A stretch of 64,000 nucleotides of DNA, taken from contig JAQTMK010000001.1 in NCBI GenBank assembly GCA_028714375.1, forward strand, positions 136,988-200,987, read 5' to 3'. The position numbers and the translations under genes are program-made. How positions within the stretch are numbered: the first letter of the stretch is position 1; each line of letters opens with the position of its first letter. This stretch comes from Candidatus Nanoarchaeia archaeon. GTDB taxonomy: Archaea; Nanobdellota; Nanobdellia; SCGC-AAA011-G17; JACPNG01. A model generated the notes under the pieces. The model made no database searches and was not told the DNA's origin. It worked only from the letters and a program-made list of their open reading frames with translations. This document shows positions 19,421 through 27,826 of this stretch, one piece after another.

Positions 19421-20883
19421 ACTCTATCTTCTTCTATTTTTTTAATCATGACTCCAACTGATTTCTGATAATTAAATGTGTAGTCCGCAGTTACAGTCAT
19501 TTTAGTTGAAGTATAAGGTCTTATATTTAAGTTGGGTTCCTCGCTTAATTTTAATTTACATGGAATCTCAAATGTGTTTATATTATCCCCAAGAACCATG
19601 CATGTGTTTCCATCATATTTTTTATTGAATGGGGGTGCACTCCTTTTGTTTATTTCATCCAAAACCTCTTTCTTTAATGTGCCATCGTTTTCAAAACATC
19701 CGCAGTTCTGGTTTTCCATTTCCAAACCTCTTGGTATGTTCATTTTAAGACTTTTTATCTTTTCTATTGCTCCAATCCCTTCTTTTTCTACTTTAATCAT
19801 AATTAGTGGATTATTCTGAATTGTAAATGGCTGATAAGAACCAGCACCTATTGAAATTTTAACAGGCCCAGAATCAAGTTTCACTGATTTAACTAAATCA
19901 TTTTCTAGTAAGCCAGTTGTTTTTGGATCATTTTTAATCTCATAAAATACATCTTCGATGTTTTCATTTTCAGCGGTGGTTAAGAATAATAATTGTTCTG
20001 TTTCTGCATGGCTGTCATAACTTATGTTTAAACTGGCAGCTTTTGTTTCAACATTGTTTTTTATTTCTTTGATCCCATCTGGAAAATTACATATAACAGT
20101 ATTTGTTCTTGAATTTATTGTTCTAGCTTCATTTGGAATAATATTATTGATCACATACTTACCGTCTTCTGAAACCTTAGAAGTGCCACCAACTGTATAT
20201 TCTGGTTTGCCATCATAATCCTCTAATTCACAAACAATTTTTAAATCTAAACTTATTTGGCCTTCATTTAATGTTACCCCATTTATAGTATATTTTCCAT
20301 TTATGCTGACTGGGTAATTTTCATAAAAAGGACCATTGGATTCTAATTGAGTAATTTCAACTCCTTTTAGTGGTCCAGTTGTTTTAGCACTAGGATCTGT
20401 CCACGATCCAAATGATTCTTCTGGATGTAAAATCAAACCAACAGTATTTGTGATTAATTTACCTATTTGTTGAATCCCTTCGTTAGATTTAGCCCATATA
20501 CTGATTCCTTCTGTTCCTGCTGAAAAAAATCCAGAACTCATCCATACAACTAGGACAATTATACCAATTATTATCAGCCATTTCCCCCAGTGTTTTGGTT
20601 GTTTAAGTATGGTTGTACTTGGTCCAGAAGATTGTTGGGCAGGAACTTGTTGAGGTGCAGAACGTCTACCACCAGCTCCAATAATCCCTTTTAATGCATT
20701 CCATCTAGCATTCCTTGTTTTCCATGTATTTGCATTAAAAGATGCTTTTCTAGATCTCCTTTCCATTCTTTTATCAGATCTTTCAGCACTTCTTCCAATT
20801 ACACTGAATATTTTTTTAAAAAATCCTCTTTTTTCTTTTGGAGCAGAACTGTCTCCCCCTCCAGTAGATTCTATAGATCCCAT
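19417..20883 (-). CDS. single-pass membrane protein with basic cytoplasmic N-terminus and large extracellular domain
   Basis: About 100 aa R/K-rich N-terminal region, one TM (WLIIIGIIVLVVWM), then a roughly 380-aa extracellular domain. Confidence 0.5.
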   Translation of the reverse strand: MGSIESTGGGDSSAPKEKRGFFKKIFSVIGRSAERSDKRMERRSRKASFNANTWKTRNARWNALKGIIGAGGRRSAPQQVPAQQSSGPSTTILKQPKHWGKWLIIIGIIVLVVWMSSGFFSAGTEGISIWAKSNEGIQQIGKLITNTVGLILHPEESFGSWTDPSAKTTGPLKGVEITQLESNGPFYENYPVSINGKYTINGVTLNEGQISLDLKIVCELEDYDGKPEYTVGGTSKVSEDGKYVINNIIPNEARTINSRTNTVICNFPDGIKEIKNNVETKAASLNISYDSHAETEQLLFLTTAENENIEDVFYEIKNDPKTTGLLENDLVKSVKLDSGPVKISIGAGSYQPFTIQNNPLIMIKVEKEGIGAIEKIKSLKMNIPRGLEMENQNCGCFENDGTLKKEVLDEINKRSAPPFNKKYDGNTCMVLGDNINTFEIPCKLKLSEEPNLNIRPYTSTKMTVTADYTFNYQKSVGVMIKKIEEDRV

Positions 20884-20907
20884 TTTTTCCTCTTTTTAAT
20901 ATTTTAT

Positions 20908-21570
20908 TTACTTTAAATTATTTAAATCTATCTCAGCTTTGATAACCTGATTCTCATAATTAATCTCAACAATAACTTTTGTTTTTTCCTTGTTTAAAAC
21001 TTTAAAATCATAACTTTTGTCAAAACATGCTTCTAATTCTTTTTTCTCTTCATCATCCTTTAGATTTTCCTTTACACTAATTAAACAGTCTCTTCTGTAA
21101 GATTTATTAAATTCCTTGAAATCAAACAAAACAAAATCATATGAAAAATCTAAATTTTTACTGTAGGTTATCTTTCCTTCTTTTTCCTGATATGAAATAA
21201 TCCCGTCAGTCCAGTAAATCCTGTCTTTGGTTTTCCCAATTATTTTTCCATTTATGATTGAAATCTCATAGTTTGTAGGCATGTTATTTAATTTAAGCAA
21301 TTTATAAAATTCATTTGTAAATTGGTTCTTGAAATCATACTCTTCATTATAGTTTTTTGAAGCCTTTTCAGCACTAATTCTTACAGAAGAATCAAGATAA
21401 AACAATTCTGCTTCAACATCATTATACGCATCTATCAAGCTTAAGGAATTATCTCCAACTTCTTTTAATCCAGTTCTTTTAATATCAAACAAAAACATTG
21501 CAGATAAAAGTATTAGGATTATTCCGATTGTTGCCAAAGGCAATGTCATGTCAGTTCCTTTCTTATTCAT
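20908..21570 (-). CDS. pilin-like protein with class III signal peptide
   Basis: Internal start MNKKGTDMTLPLATIGIILILLSAMFLF (KG then hydrophobic helix). The ORF-track start is 8 codons further upstream. Confidence 0.5.
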   Translation of the reverse strand: MNKKGTDMTLPLATIGIILILLSAMFLFDIKRTGLKEVGDNSLSLIDAYNDVEAELFYLDSSVRISAEKASKNYNEEYDFKNQFTNEFYKLLKLNNMPTNYEISIINGKIIGKTKDRIYWTDGIISYQEKEGKITYSKNLDFSYDFVLFDFKEFNKSYRRDCLISVKENLKDDEEKKELEACFDKSYDFKVLNKEKTKVIVEINYENQVIKAEIDLNNLK

Positions 21571-22069
21571 CTTTTTCAGTTCTTGCAATTGCAAGTTTAA
21601 TTTTTACAAGTTTATCCTGATAAGGATATTTTACTTCAGCTTCGCTTTTTATTGGGAATTGGTTTAGCATTTTATCTTCCCACATATCTTCATTATAACC
21701 TGCTCCGAGTGGAACAATATACTCATCATAAATCTCTCTTTCATCAATAAACATCTTCCATAAACATTCTTCATTAATTTTGCAATAACCATTAATCAAA
21801 GGTTTCATAACAGCTATGATTTTGCTTTCATCCTCTTCGTTTTCAATAACAAAATCAGATAAGTATTGATCCTCAACTTTTGTTTTTAATAAATTAATAA
21901 GAAGCAGATTAACATCCTCGTCTACTCCTTTAGTGATAATTTTTTCTTCAATATCAGAGCCTTTCTTAAAACTTGAACTTAAACTAAAAAAGAAAAGAGC
22001 TAAGATTAACACAAATGCAAATATGGAAAGAATATCTTTTAATGGAAATACCTCACCTCTCTTATTCAT
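21563..22069 (-). CDS. pilin-like protein with class III signal peptide
   Basis: MNKRGEVFPLKDILSIFAFVLILALFFFSL. Confidence 0.55.
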   Translation of the reverse strand: MNKRGEVFPLKDILSIFAFVLILALFFFSLSSSFKKGSDIEEKIITKGVDEDVNLLLINLLKTKVEDQYLSDFVIENEEDESKIIAVMKPLINGYCKINEECLWKMFIDEREIYDEYIVPLGAGYNEDMWEDKMLNQFPIKSEAEVKYPYQDKLVKIKLAIARTEKDE

Positions 22070-22496
22070 CTAATATTACCCCCATTTCTAAAAGTTTAAG
22101 TTTGTTTTCAACAAGAACATATTTTTTTTCAGAATAACAATTCTTTTCTAATTTACATAAATTTAATTGGTCTTTATAACTTTTAATATCGTTGGAAATT
22201 TCCTTATCACCAATTTTTGCATAAATTAAATTATCAGTACTGATGCAGTTTTTTAATCTCTCTTCTGTAAATTTATTCATATCGATTGTTCCAGGATAAA
22301 CTCTTAGGTCTTCCAAAGCAAAGCAATCACTGCTGTAAAACAATCTCTTCATCATTAAGTCAGATTCAAAATTACCAACCTTAATCTCTTGATTCACAGC
22401 TAAGTGTAATACAGCCACAACTGCAGCAACCATAATACCCAAAACAACCAAAATCAATACCTGATAAGGTAATTTTTCTCCCAAATCAGAACTCAT
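22062..22496 (-). CDS. small secreted/membrane-anchored protein, possible atypical prepilin
   Basis: MSSDLGEKLPYQVLILVVLGIMVAAVVAV: Gly then charged residues then a hydrophobic helix, but no K/R before the G. Confidence 0.4.
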   Translation of the reverse strand: MSSDLGEKLPYQVLILVVLGIMVAAVVAVLHLAVNQEIKVGNFESDLMMKRLFYSSDCFALEDLRVYPGTIDMNKFTEERLKNCISTDNLIYAKIGDKEISNDIKSYKDQLNLCKLEKNCYSEKKYVLVENKLKLLEMGVILDE

Positions 22497-22822
22497 GAAC
22501 TCACCTCAAACTTTCTTTCTTCCTGTTTCCAGTTTAATTTAGTAACATTACTTGGATAATAATTAAAATTAAACAACCCCTGTTTAACTAAATTTATTGT
22601 TATTTCCAAATCATCATCCTTATTTATATCATAAGATATCTTTGAATTCTTGCTAAGATAAAGTGTATCCAAAGTTAAACCAATATCAATTGTATTTGCT
22701 CTTCTCTCAAGAGCTCTTGAATTTTTAAAACTAGCAACATAATATCCCAATGAAGCAACCACAATTACAGCAACCAGTATTGAAAAAAGCATAAATAACT
22801 GCATCTCCCCTCTTTTTTTCAT
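22493..22822 (-). CDS. pilin-like protein with class III signal peptide
   Basis: Internal start MKKRGEMQLFMLFSILVAVIVVASLGYY. The ORF-track start 16 codons upstream is probably spurious. Confidence 0.5.
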   Translation of the reverse strand: MKKRGEMQLFMLFSILVAVIVVASLGYYVASFKNSRALERRANTIDIGLTLDTLYLSKNSKISYDINKDDDLEITINLVKQGLFNFNYYPSNVTKLNWKQEERKFEVSS

Positions 22823-22859
22823 GTTAAGAATTAGATTTATAGTATTTATATTAGTTTTG

Positions 22860-23339
22860 TTAAGCAACACTATACTTTCCAGATTCGAGTTTTACGTTTA
22901 CCGGTCTCAAGTCATCAAGATTGGATAAGACTACCCCAGAACTAATAAAATCATAACTCAAAACTTTACAAACCATAAATTTTTGTTCTTCAGTATTATA
23001 AACACAAATGCAGGATAATTCTTTGCACTGGATGTTTTTTTCTATCACCTTATCATCAAAAGCTTTCAAAGAACCTTCAGCTGAAAATTTATTCTTTGCA
23101 TATATTGTGTATTCATCGCTTATCTGCATCGGAATACTTGTTCCTTTGCCTTCTTCAAGTCCTTTTAATGTAGTATATAGATCGTTAAAACTGTTATCAG
23201 TTGCAGAATCCATTTCAACTTCATCAGGAATTAATGTTTTGTATAAATCTGTTAAAAATGTAGCTACAACCAAAGTTACAATAATACCTAAGATTAATAA
23301 GATAAGAAACTTTAAAGTCATTAAACCTCTTTTATTCAT
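22860..23339 (-). CDS. pilin-like protein with class III signal peptide
   Basis: MNKRGLMTLKFLILLILGIIVTLVVATFL; preceded by the duplicated promoter element. Confidence 0.55.
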   Translation of the reverse strand: MNKRGLMTLKFLILLILGIIVTLVVATFLTDLYKTLIPDEVEMDSATDNSFNDLYTTLKGLEEGKGTSIPMQISDEYTIYAKNKFSAEGSLKAFDDKVIEKNIQCKELSCICVYNTEEQKFMVCKVLSYDFISSGVVLSNLDDLRPVNVKLESGKYSVA

Positions 23340-23368
23340 TAAATTAAAATAAAAAAGAAATATATAAA
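23337..23368 (-). promoter_or_regulatory. duplicated promoter/start element, copy 1 (includes ATG of gene 22860-23339)
   Basis: Identical 32 nt CATTAAATTAAAATAAAAAAGAAATATATAAA. On the coding strand this is TTTATATA (TATA-box-like) about 22-29 nt upstream of the ATG. Confidence 0.6.
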
Positions 23369-23386
23369 CTTAATTAAAAATGAACT

Positions 23387-23722
23387 TTAGTAATTTACTG
23401 CCTTTTTATATTTATTTGATTTTAGTGGGGGATGAATTAAGTCGGGAAGGACATTATAATAGAACTTTGCCCAATAATCTTGGATAATCCTGTGTGAGTG
23501 GCCATTAAAGAAGCCAAGTTTTCTTACTTCCTCTTGTAATTTTATTTCAAGATCCCTGAGATACCCATCTACGATTGGTATTGATGGGATTTCTTCCCCC
23601 CCAGAAGAATAAGATATGTCCCTTTTAAATTCTGCTAAGATTTTATTTCTATTCTGATCAATAAACTTACAAAACTCCTCATAACAACTTTTCTCTAAAC
23701 TTTTAAGATTTGAATTATCCAT
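23387..23722 (-). CDS. hypothetical cytoplasmic protein inside the pilin-like operon
   Basis: 111 aa, no signal peptide; preceded by copy 2 of the duplicated promoter. Confidence 0.45.
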   Translation of the reverse strand: MDNSNLKSLEKSCYEEFCKFIDQNRNKILAEFKRDISYSSGGEEIPSIPIVDGYLRDLEIKLQEEVRKLGFFNGHSHRIIQDYWAKFYYNVLPDLIHPPLKSNKYKKAVNY

Positions 23723-23751
23723 TAAATTAAAATAAAAAAGAAATATATAAA
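23720..23751 (-). promoter_or_regulatory. duplicated promoter/start element, copy 2 (includes ATG of gene 23387-23722)
   Basis: Exact 32-nt match to 23337-23368. Confidence 0.6.
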
Positions 23752-23760
23752 ATTATGTTT

Positions 23761-24120
23761 TTATGCACAAGAAACCGTACAACTGATTAACTCATTGCAA
23801 TGAACTCCACTCTTAACCACACTTGTTGTAGGATCTAAAATATCAAACTCTTTTTTGCAATAAGCAGAATCCGATGCAATGAATTTTTGACTATTTGTTC
23901 TTTGCTCTTCTTTAGCTGCATCACAATACTGATTGCAGAACTGAATTGCTAATGATCTGTCAGTTCCAGCTGTTCCCTGGAAAAATATTCCTTTTATCTT
24001 ATCAGTTGTTCCTTTAAATCCGTATAGGAAGAAAAATACAACTGCAACTAAAACAATAATTACGATAATCGCTATAATAATTGTATTAAGAGAAATTTCC
24101 GCTCCTTTTTTATTAAACAT
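23761..24120 (-). CDS. archaeal type IV pilin-like protein (canonical class III signal peptide)
   Basis: MFNKKG|AEISLNTIIIAIIVIIVLVAVVFFFLYGF: KG-A cleavage-site pattern and a long hydrophobic helix. The track start (24129) appears to be GTG; the ATG at 24120 is preferred. Confidence 0.65.
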   Translation of the reverse strand: MFNKKGAEISLNTIIIAIIVIIVLVAVVFFFLYGFKGTTDKIKGIFFQGTAGTDRSLAIQFCNQYCDAAKEEQRTNSQKFIASDSAYCKKEFDILDPTTSVVKSGVHCNELISCTVSCA

Positions 24121-24218
24121 ACATTTCACCTCTAATTCAATTAAAACTTCTTGTTTTATTTAAATGTTTTGGTATACTATTTATAAAGAATTTTAAAGCC
24201 TTATAAAAAGAAAATAGT

Positions 24219-24680
24219 TTACTTGAGTTTATCAGGTCCTCTTTCTAAGATTTTGTAAAATTGAACAGCCATAAATTGTGTGTTATTTAAGTTTATACTT
24301 GAAACCCCAAAGTTCCCCCCTCCCAATGTTCCATAATCACCAATCACTACTGCATCTGGTTGATCCCTATACGAAGAAAGTATCCCTTTTTCAAGAAGTT
24401 TTTCTAAATCAGACTTTAATCCATCTAAATTAGATTGATCTAATCCATCAGTTTCAATAAATTCATTATCCATGTACCCCCCAAGATAAGGGAATCTTTT
24501 TAGATCTTCTTTTGTGGATTTTGTGATTTCAGGAGTAGTCCGGTTGTAAACTTCCATGATTTGGGGGGCTCCAATTGGTTGGACTTTAAGACAATTTAAT
24601 CTTATATCTATAAACTGTTCATACTTCTCTCCATCCCGATCATCACAACAAAATATAATTTCTAAATCAAGTTTCTTCAT
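24219..24680 (-). CDS. hypothetical protein
   Basis: 153 aa, no recognisable motif; local GC looks higher than surroundings. Confidence 0.45.
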   Translation of the reverse strand: MKKLDLEIIFCCDDRDGEKYEQFIDIRLNCLKVQPIGAPQIMEVYNRTTPEITKSTKEDLKRFPYLGGYMDNEFIETDGLDQSNLDGLKSDLEKLLEKGILSSYRDQPDAVVIGDYGTLGGGNFGVSSINLNNTQFMAVQFYKILERGPDKLK

Positions 24681-24755
24681 AAAAATATAGTGATTTCTTA
24701 ATTTAAAAACAATTTGTAAATTTAAAATAGATAATTGAAGTATTTATTAAGGAGA

Positions 24756-25358
24756 TCACACACTAAATTGTTTAATTCTTTTTCTCCTTCTCCAGTACCA
24801 GTAAGCAACAGCGATTACAACAATACCAACAAGTAAACTGATAGTCTCAAAGTATTTATCAATAAAAGCGATGATAGGATTTCCAAAGAACATAATCAAG
24901 CCACCAACTAAGAAGAATCTCAATCCTCTTCCGATTATAGAATATATTATTAAAGTTCTTAATTTAATATAAAAGACACCAGAAGCAATTGTAAATACTT
25001 TATATGGAATTGGGGTAAAACCAGCAATGAAGATTGCCAAACCCCCATGTTTTTCAAATAATCTATGGACTTTGTCTATTTTTTCCTGTTTGAATAACTT
25101 ATTTAATATTGGTCTCCCACCAACATAACCAATCCCATATCCAAATATAGCCCCCAAAACACTACCAACTGTGCAGACTAAAGAAAACCATAAAGCGTTT
25201 TTAGGATCAGCTAAACATAATATAATCAGGAGAATGTCTGGTGGAACAGGAAAAAAACTTGATTCAATAAATGCTAAAACAAATAACCCCAAACTTCCTA
25301 AAGGCTGAAAAGTTAATTTTGTCCAGTCTACCAAACTAGTTATTAAACCCATAAACAA
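24756..25358 (-). CDS. DedA/YqaA (SNARE-associated, TVP38) family membrane protein
   Basis: FIESSFFPVPPDILLI and following TM pattern typical of DedA/YqaA proteins. Confidence 0.7.
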   Translation of the reverse strand: MFMGLITSLVDWTKLTFQPLGSLGLFVLAFIESSFFPVPPDILLIILCLADPKNALWFSLVCTVGSVLGAIFGYGIGYVGGRPILNKLFKQEKIDKVHRLFEKHGGLAIFIAGFTPIPYKVFTIASGVFYIKLRTLIIYSIIGRGLRFFLVGGLIMFFGNPIIAFIDKYFETISLLVGIVVIAVAYWYWRRRKRIKQFSV

Positions 25359-25389
25359 AGAAATAAAAATGCCTTTAAATTACTTTCGT

Positions 25390-26304
25390 TTAAATCTTAT
25401 CGCCCTGTAAAATCCATAAATCTTCAGTTGTTAATTTTTTCTTATTCTTAATTTTTTGTTCTATTTCTCTTTTTCTTCCTTCAATAAACTCATTAGGTTC
25501 TTCCCTTTTCTCAAAAACTCTTTTTGGTCTTTTAATTATCTGAGGTCTAGGTATTTCTGCCTGTGAAACTTTTAACTGCAATAATTTTTCTTTTAGATCA
25601 TTGTTTAATATTGAAAATTCTTTTTTGAATTTGATAAAGTTGTCAAAAGCATCTTCCTGTTCTTTTTTGATTCTGTTTATCTCCTTGCTTATTTTTAAGA
25701 ATTCAGAATAACTTTCATTGTTTCTTAATTCCTCAAGTTTGCTGTGAAAATCATTGGCTATCTTTCTTTTATCTTTGAAATCCTTTCTTAGGTTAATATA
25801 TTTTTCATTTAGGTTTGTTTGAGTATTAGATTTTTTTAGTTTGTCTTTTAATTCTTTTAATTTAACCATTGTGGCTTTTTCTTTTGAAAAACTTAGAACA
25901 TCTGTTTGTATACTTAATTCTAATCTTTCAATGGTTTCTTTGATGTTTTTGTCTTCCTTGTCAAATCTTACCTTTCTTTTCTCTTCGCTGACTTTTTTAA
26001 GTTCTTCAGCAATGATTTTGACTTCAGCATTGAATTTATCTCTTTCTTTCTTTATATTTTTAAGTTCTTTGTCTATTTCCTTCTTTTTATCCTGTATTGC
26101 CTTTGCCTTTGTTATGTTTTCAGCAAGAACTTTCTTTAATTCTTCTTTCTTCGCAAACCAGGTTTCTTTTTCAGCATTAATAGAATTTAGTTTATCTTTT
26201 AGCTCTTTTATTTCGTTTTTCAATGAATCTAGTTTTTCCTTATCCATTTTTTGTGTCCCAATCAAAACAGTTGTCTTAAGATATAATTTCTGTAAAATCA
26301 CCAC
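25390..26304 (-). CDS. Lys/Glu-rich coiled-coil protein (hypothetical)
   Basis: 304 aa, almost entirely heptad-like K/E repeats. Confidence 0.45.
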   Translation of the reverse strand: MVILQKLYLKTTVLIGTQKMDKEKLDSLKNEIKELKDKLNSINAEKETWFAKKEELKKVLAENITKAKAIQDKKKEIDKELKNIKKERDKFNAEVKIIAEELKKVSEEKRKVRFDKEDKNIKETIERLELSIQTDVLSFSKEKATMVKLKELKDKLKKSNTQTNLNEKYINLRKDFKDKRKIANDFHSKLEELRNNESYSEFLKISKEINRIKKEQEDAFDNFIKFKKEFSILNNDLKEKLLQLKVSQAEIPRPQIIKRPKRVFEKREEPNEFIEGRKREIEQKIKNKKKLTTEDLWILQGDKI

Positions 26305-26314
26305 TTTAAAAAGG

Positions 26315-26938
26315 TTATGCTTTTATCTTATTTATCAGATATTTGATATCATCTATTAAAGGAATTGATTTTACCTTAAATCTGTAAACCAGAAATACCC
26401 AGACCAGGAAAACATAGACTGTAGAGAGAACATTCCAGATTAAAAAATGTAAATTCTCAAACATGTTGATATTGTTATTCAAAAAATAATATAATAAAAC
26501 AGTAATCCTTATTATATTGCCAATAAATATAAATAAACAACCTGAAATAAATATTTTTAGTCGTTTAACCCACTTCATTCTTGTTAACATCACCAAAATA
26601 AATAACAAAAAGTAAGCAGAGGTTGCGATACAGGCAGGAATAAAACTTAATATAGTATTATTATATACTAAATAATCAGAACCAATCACAATTCCTTTTG
26701 AAATCCAGAAAACTCCGCTTAATAACAGTGTAGGTTTTAAAAAAATAAAATAAAACAAATTAAAAGGGATCAATAAAATAACCAATACTAAACAAATTCT
26801 TAATATTAAGTCTTTATAATATCTCACAAGACCAAACAATAACCTAAATATAAAAACCTTTTTAAGAAAACAAAACCTGATAATTACAATGAAAAAATAT
26901 TTTATTCCTATAATTTCGCTTTTTGTTTTGACAATCAT
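26315..26938 (-). CDS. exosortase/archaeosortase-family-like polytopic membrane protein (tentative, small ArtE-like size)
   Basis: Multi-TM protein with a conserved-looking Cys in a TM (IPACIATSAYF) and an N-x-x-R motif (FIGNIIRITVL), as in the exosortase/archaeosortase family. The 5' end overlaps the divergent PAP2 gene, so the true start is likely internal or non-ATG. Confidence 0.4.
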   Translation of the reverse strand: MIVKTKSEIIGIKYFFIVIIRFCFLKKVFIFRLLFGLVRYYKDLILRICLVLVILLIPFNLFYFIFLKPTLLLSGVFWISKGIVIGSDYLVYNNTILSFIPACIATSAYFLLFILVMLTRMKWVKRLKIFISGCLFIFIGNIIRITVLLYYFLNNNINMFENLHFLIWNVLSTVYVFLVWVFLVYRFKVKSIPLIDDIKYLINKIKA

Positions 26939-27470
26939 CGGTTCTTTTTTTATAGATCAGGAAGTTGCTATAGGAATCTTTAAGTTACAGGACCCAATTT
27001 TAACAACTATTTTTGTGTATTTTAGTTATATTTTCACAAATCTGACAATATTCTTGTTTGGTGCTTTATTCTTAATAAGAAACAAGACAATGATCCCCTA
27101 TATGACATTAGGGTATCTGGTTCATGGATTTTTTCATATTATAATTAAATTTTTTATAAACAGACCAAGACCATTTATAGAGATTTCACTAAAACAAATA
27201 GAGGGGTTTTCATATGATTTTGCTTCTTGGAATACAACTTTTCCTAGTTTTCATGTTGCAGCGATGTTCTTTATGATACCTTTTATATTCAAACTAAAGA
27301 GCAAGTTAAGATATGTTTGGGTAGGTCTGGCAGTTTTAATGGGCATTGTAAGGATTTATTCGGGGGTTCATTATTTAAGTGATATCTTGGCTGGTGCACT
27401 TGTTGGTTTAGCATTTGGTTATTTGACACTTTATATCTACGAAAAAAAAGCCCGAAACCTTTTTAAATAA
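26889..27470 (+). CDS. PAP2-family (type 2 phosphatidic acid phosphatase-like) membrane phosphatase
   Basis: Three PAP2 motifs: KFFINRPRP, PSFH, SGVHYLSDI. Confidence 0.75.
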   Translation: MKKYFIPIISLFVLTIIGSFFIDQEVAIGIFKLQDPILTTIFVYFSYIFTNLTIFLFGALFLIRNKTMIPYMTLGYLVHGFFHIIIKFFINRPRPFIEISLKQIEGFSYDFASWNTTFPSFHVAAMFFMIPFIFKLKSKLRYVWVGLAVLMGIVRIYSGVHYLSDILAGALVGLAFGYLTLYIYEKKARNLFK

Positions 27471-27599
27471 TGCATTTATGGCAGTATTTACAACCACAGG
27501 TCTTTTTGACCACACAAGTATTATACATCTAGTTTGATTTCTACATCATTATTAAATCTTCACGGAAGACCTGTAAAACCCATTAAATAAGGAGATTTT

Positions 27600-27767
27600 A
27601 TGGGATCAGAAATTAGTGGAAATGAAAGCCTCAAAAACGGGATTAATGGAGGGGAAGAAAACGATAAAGAAAATACCTCCACAAAATCGCCAAAACCAAA
27701 ATTTCGTCGTCCAAGTCGCAGAAGCAAAAGAAAAAGAATTCCGCCTCCAAAAACTTTTCATCGTTAA
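27600..27767 (+). CDS. small basic protein, 55 aa (speculative)
   Basis: Strong ribosome-binding site TAAGGAGATTTTATG. Translation MGSEISGNESLKNGINGGEENDKENTSTKSPKPKFRRPSRRSKRKRIPPPKTFHR*. Uses CGT/CCG/TCG codons atypical for this genome. Confidence 0.25.
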   Translation: MGSEISGNESLKNGINGGEENDKENTSTKSPKPKFRRPSRRSKRKRIPPPKTFHR

Positions 27768-27826
27768 ATTTTCCACTATTTTTAACACTTAATTGAATTA
27801 GGAGGTGCCTAAGAAAAGAGGATTTT

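Noticed and set aside
26889-26938. 50-nt overlap between the divergent starts of the archaeosortase-like and PAP2 genes
   Set aside because: Divergent overlapping 5' ends are implausible. The PAP2 start (MKKYF) looks genuine, so the minus-strand gene probably starts downstream at a non-ATG codon. The family assignment of that gene is kept tentative rather than claiming the overlap is real.
27496-27574. 9-bp inverted repeat ACAGGTCTT / AAGACCTGT separated by about 60 nt
   Set aside because: The long loop and AT-rich context make a functional hairpin uncertain, and there is no associated T-tract or gene logic. Noted only.
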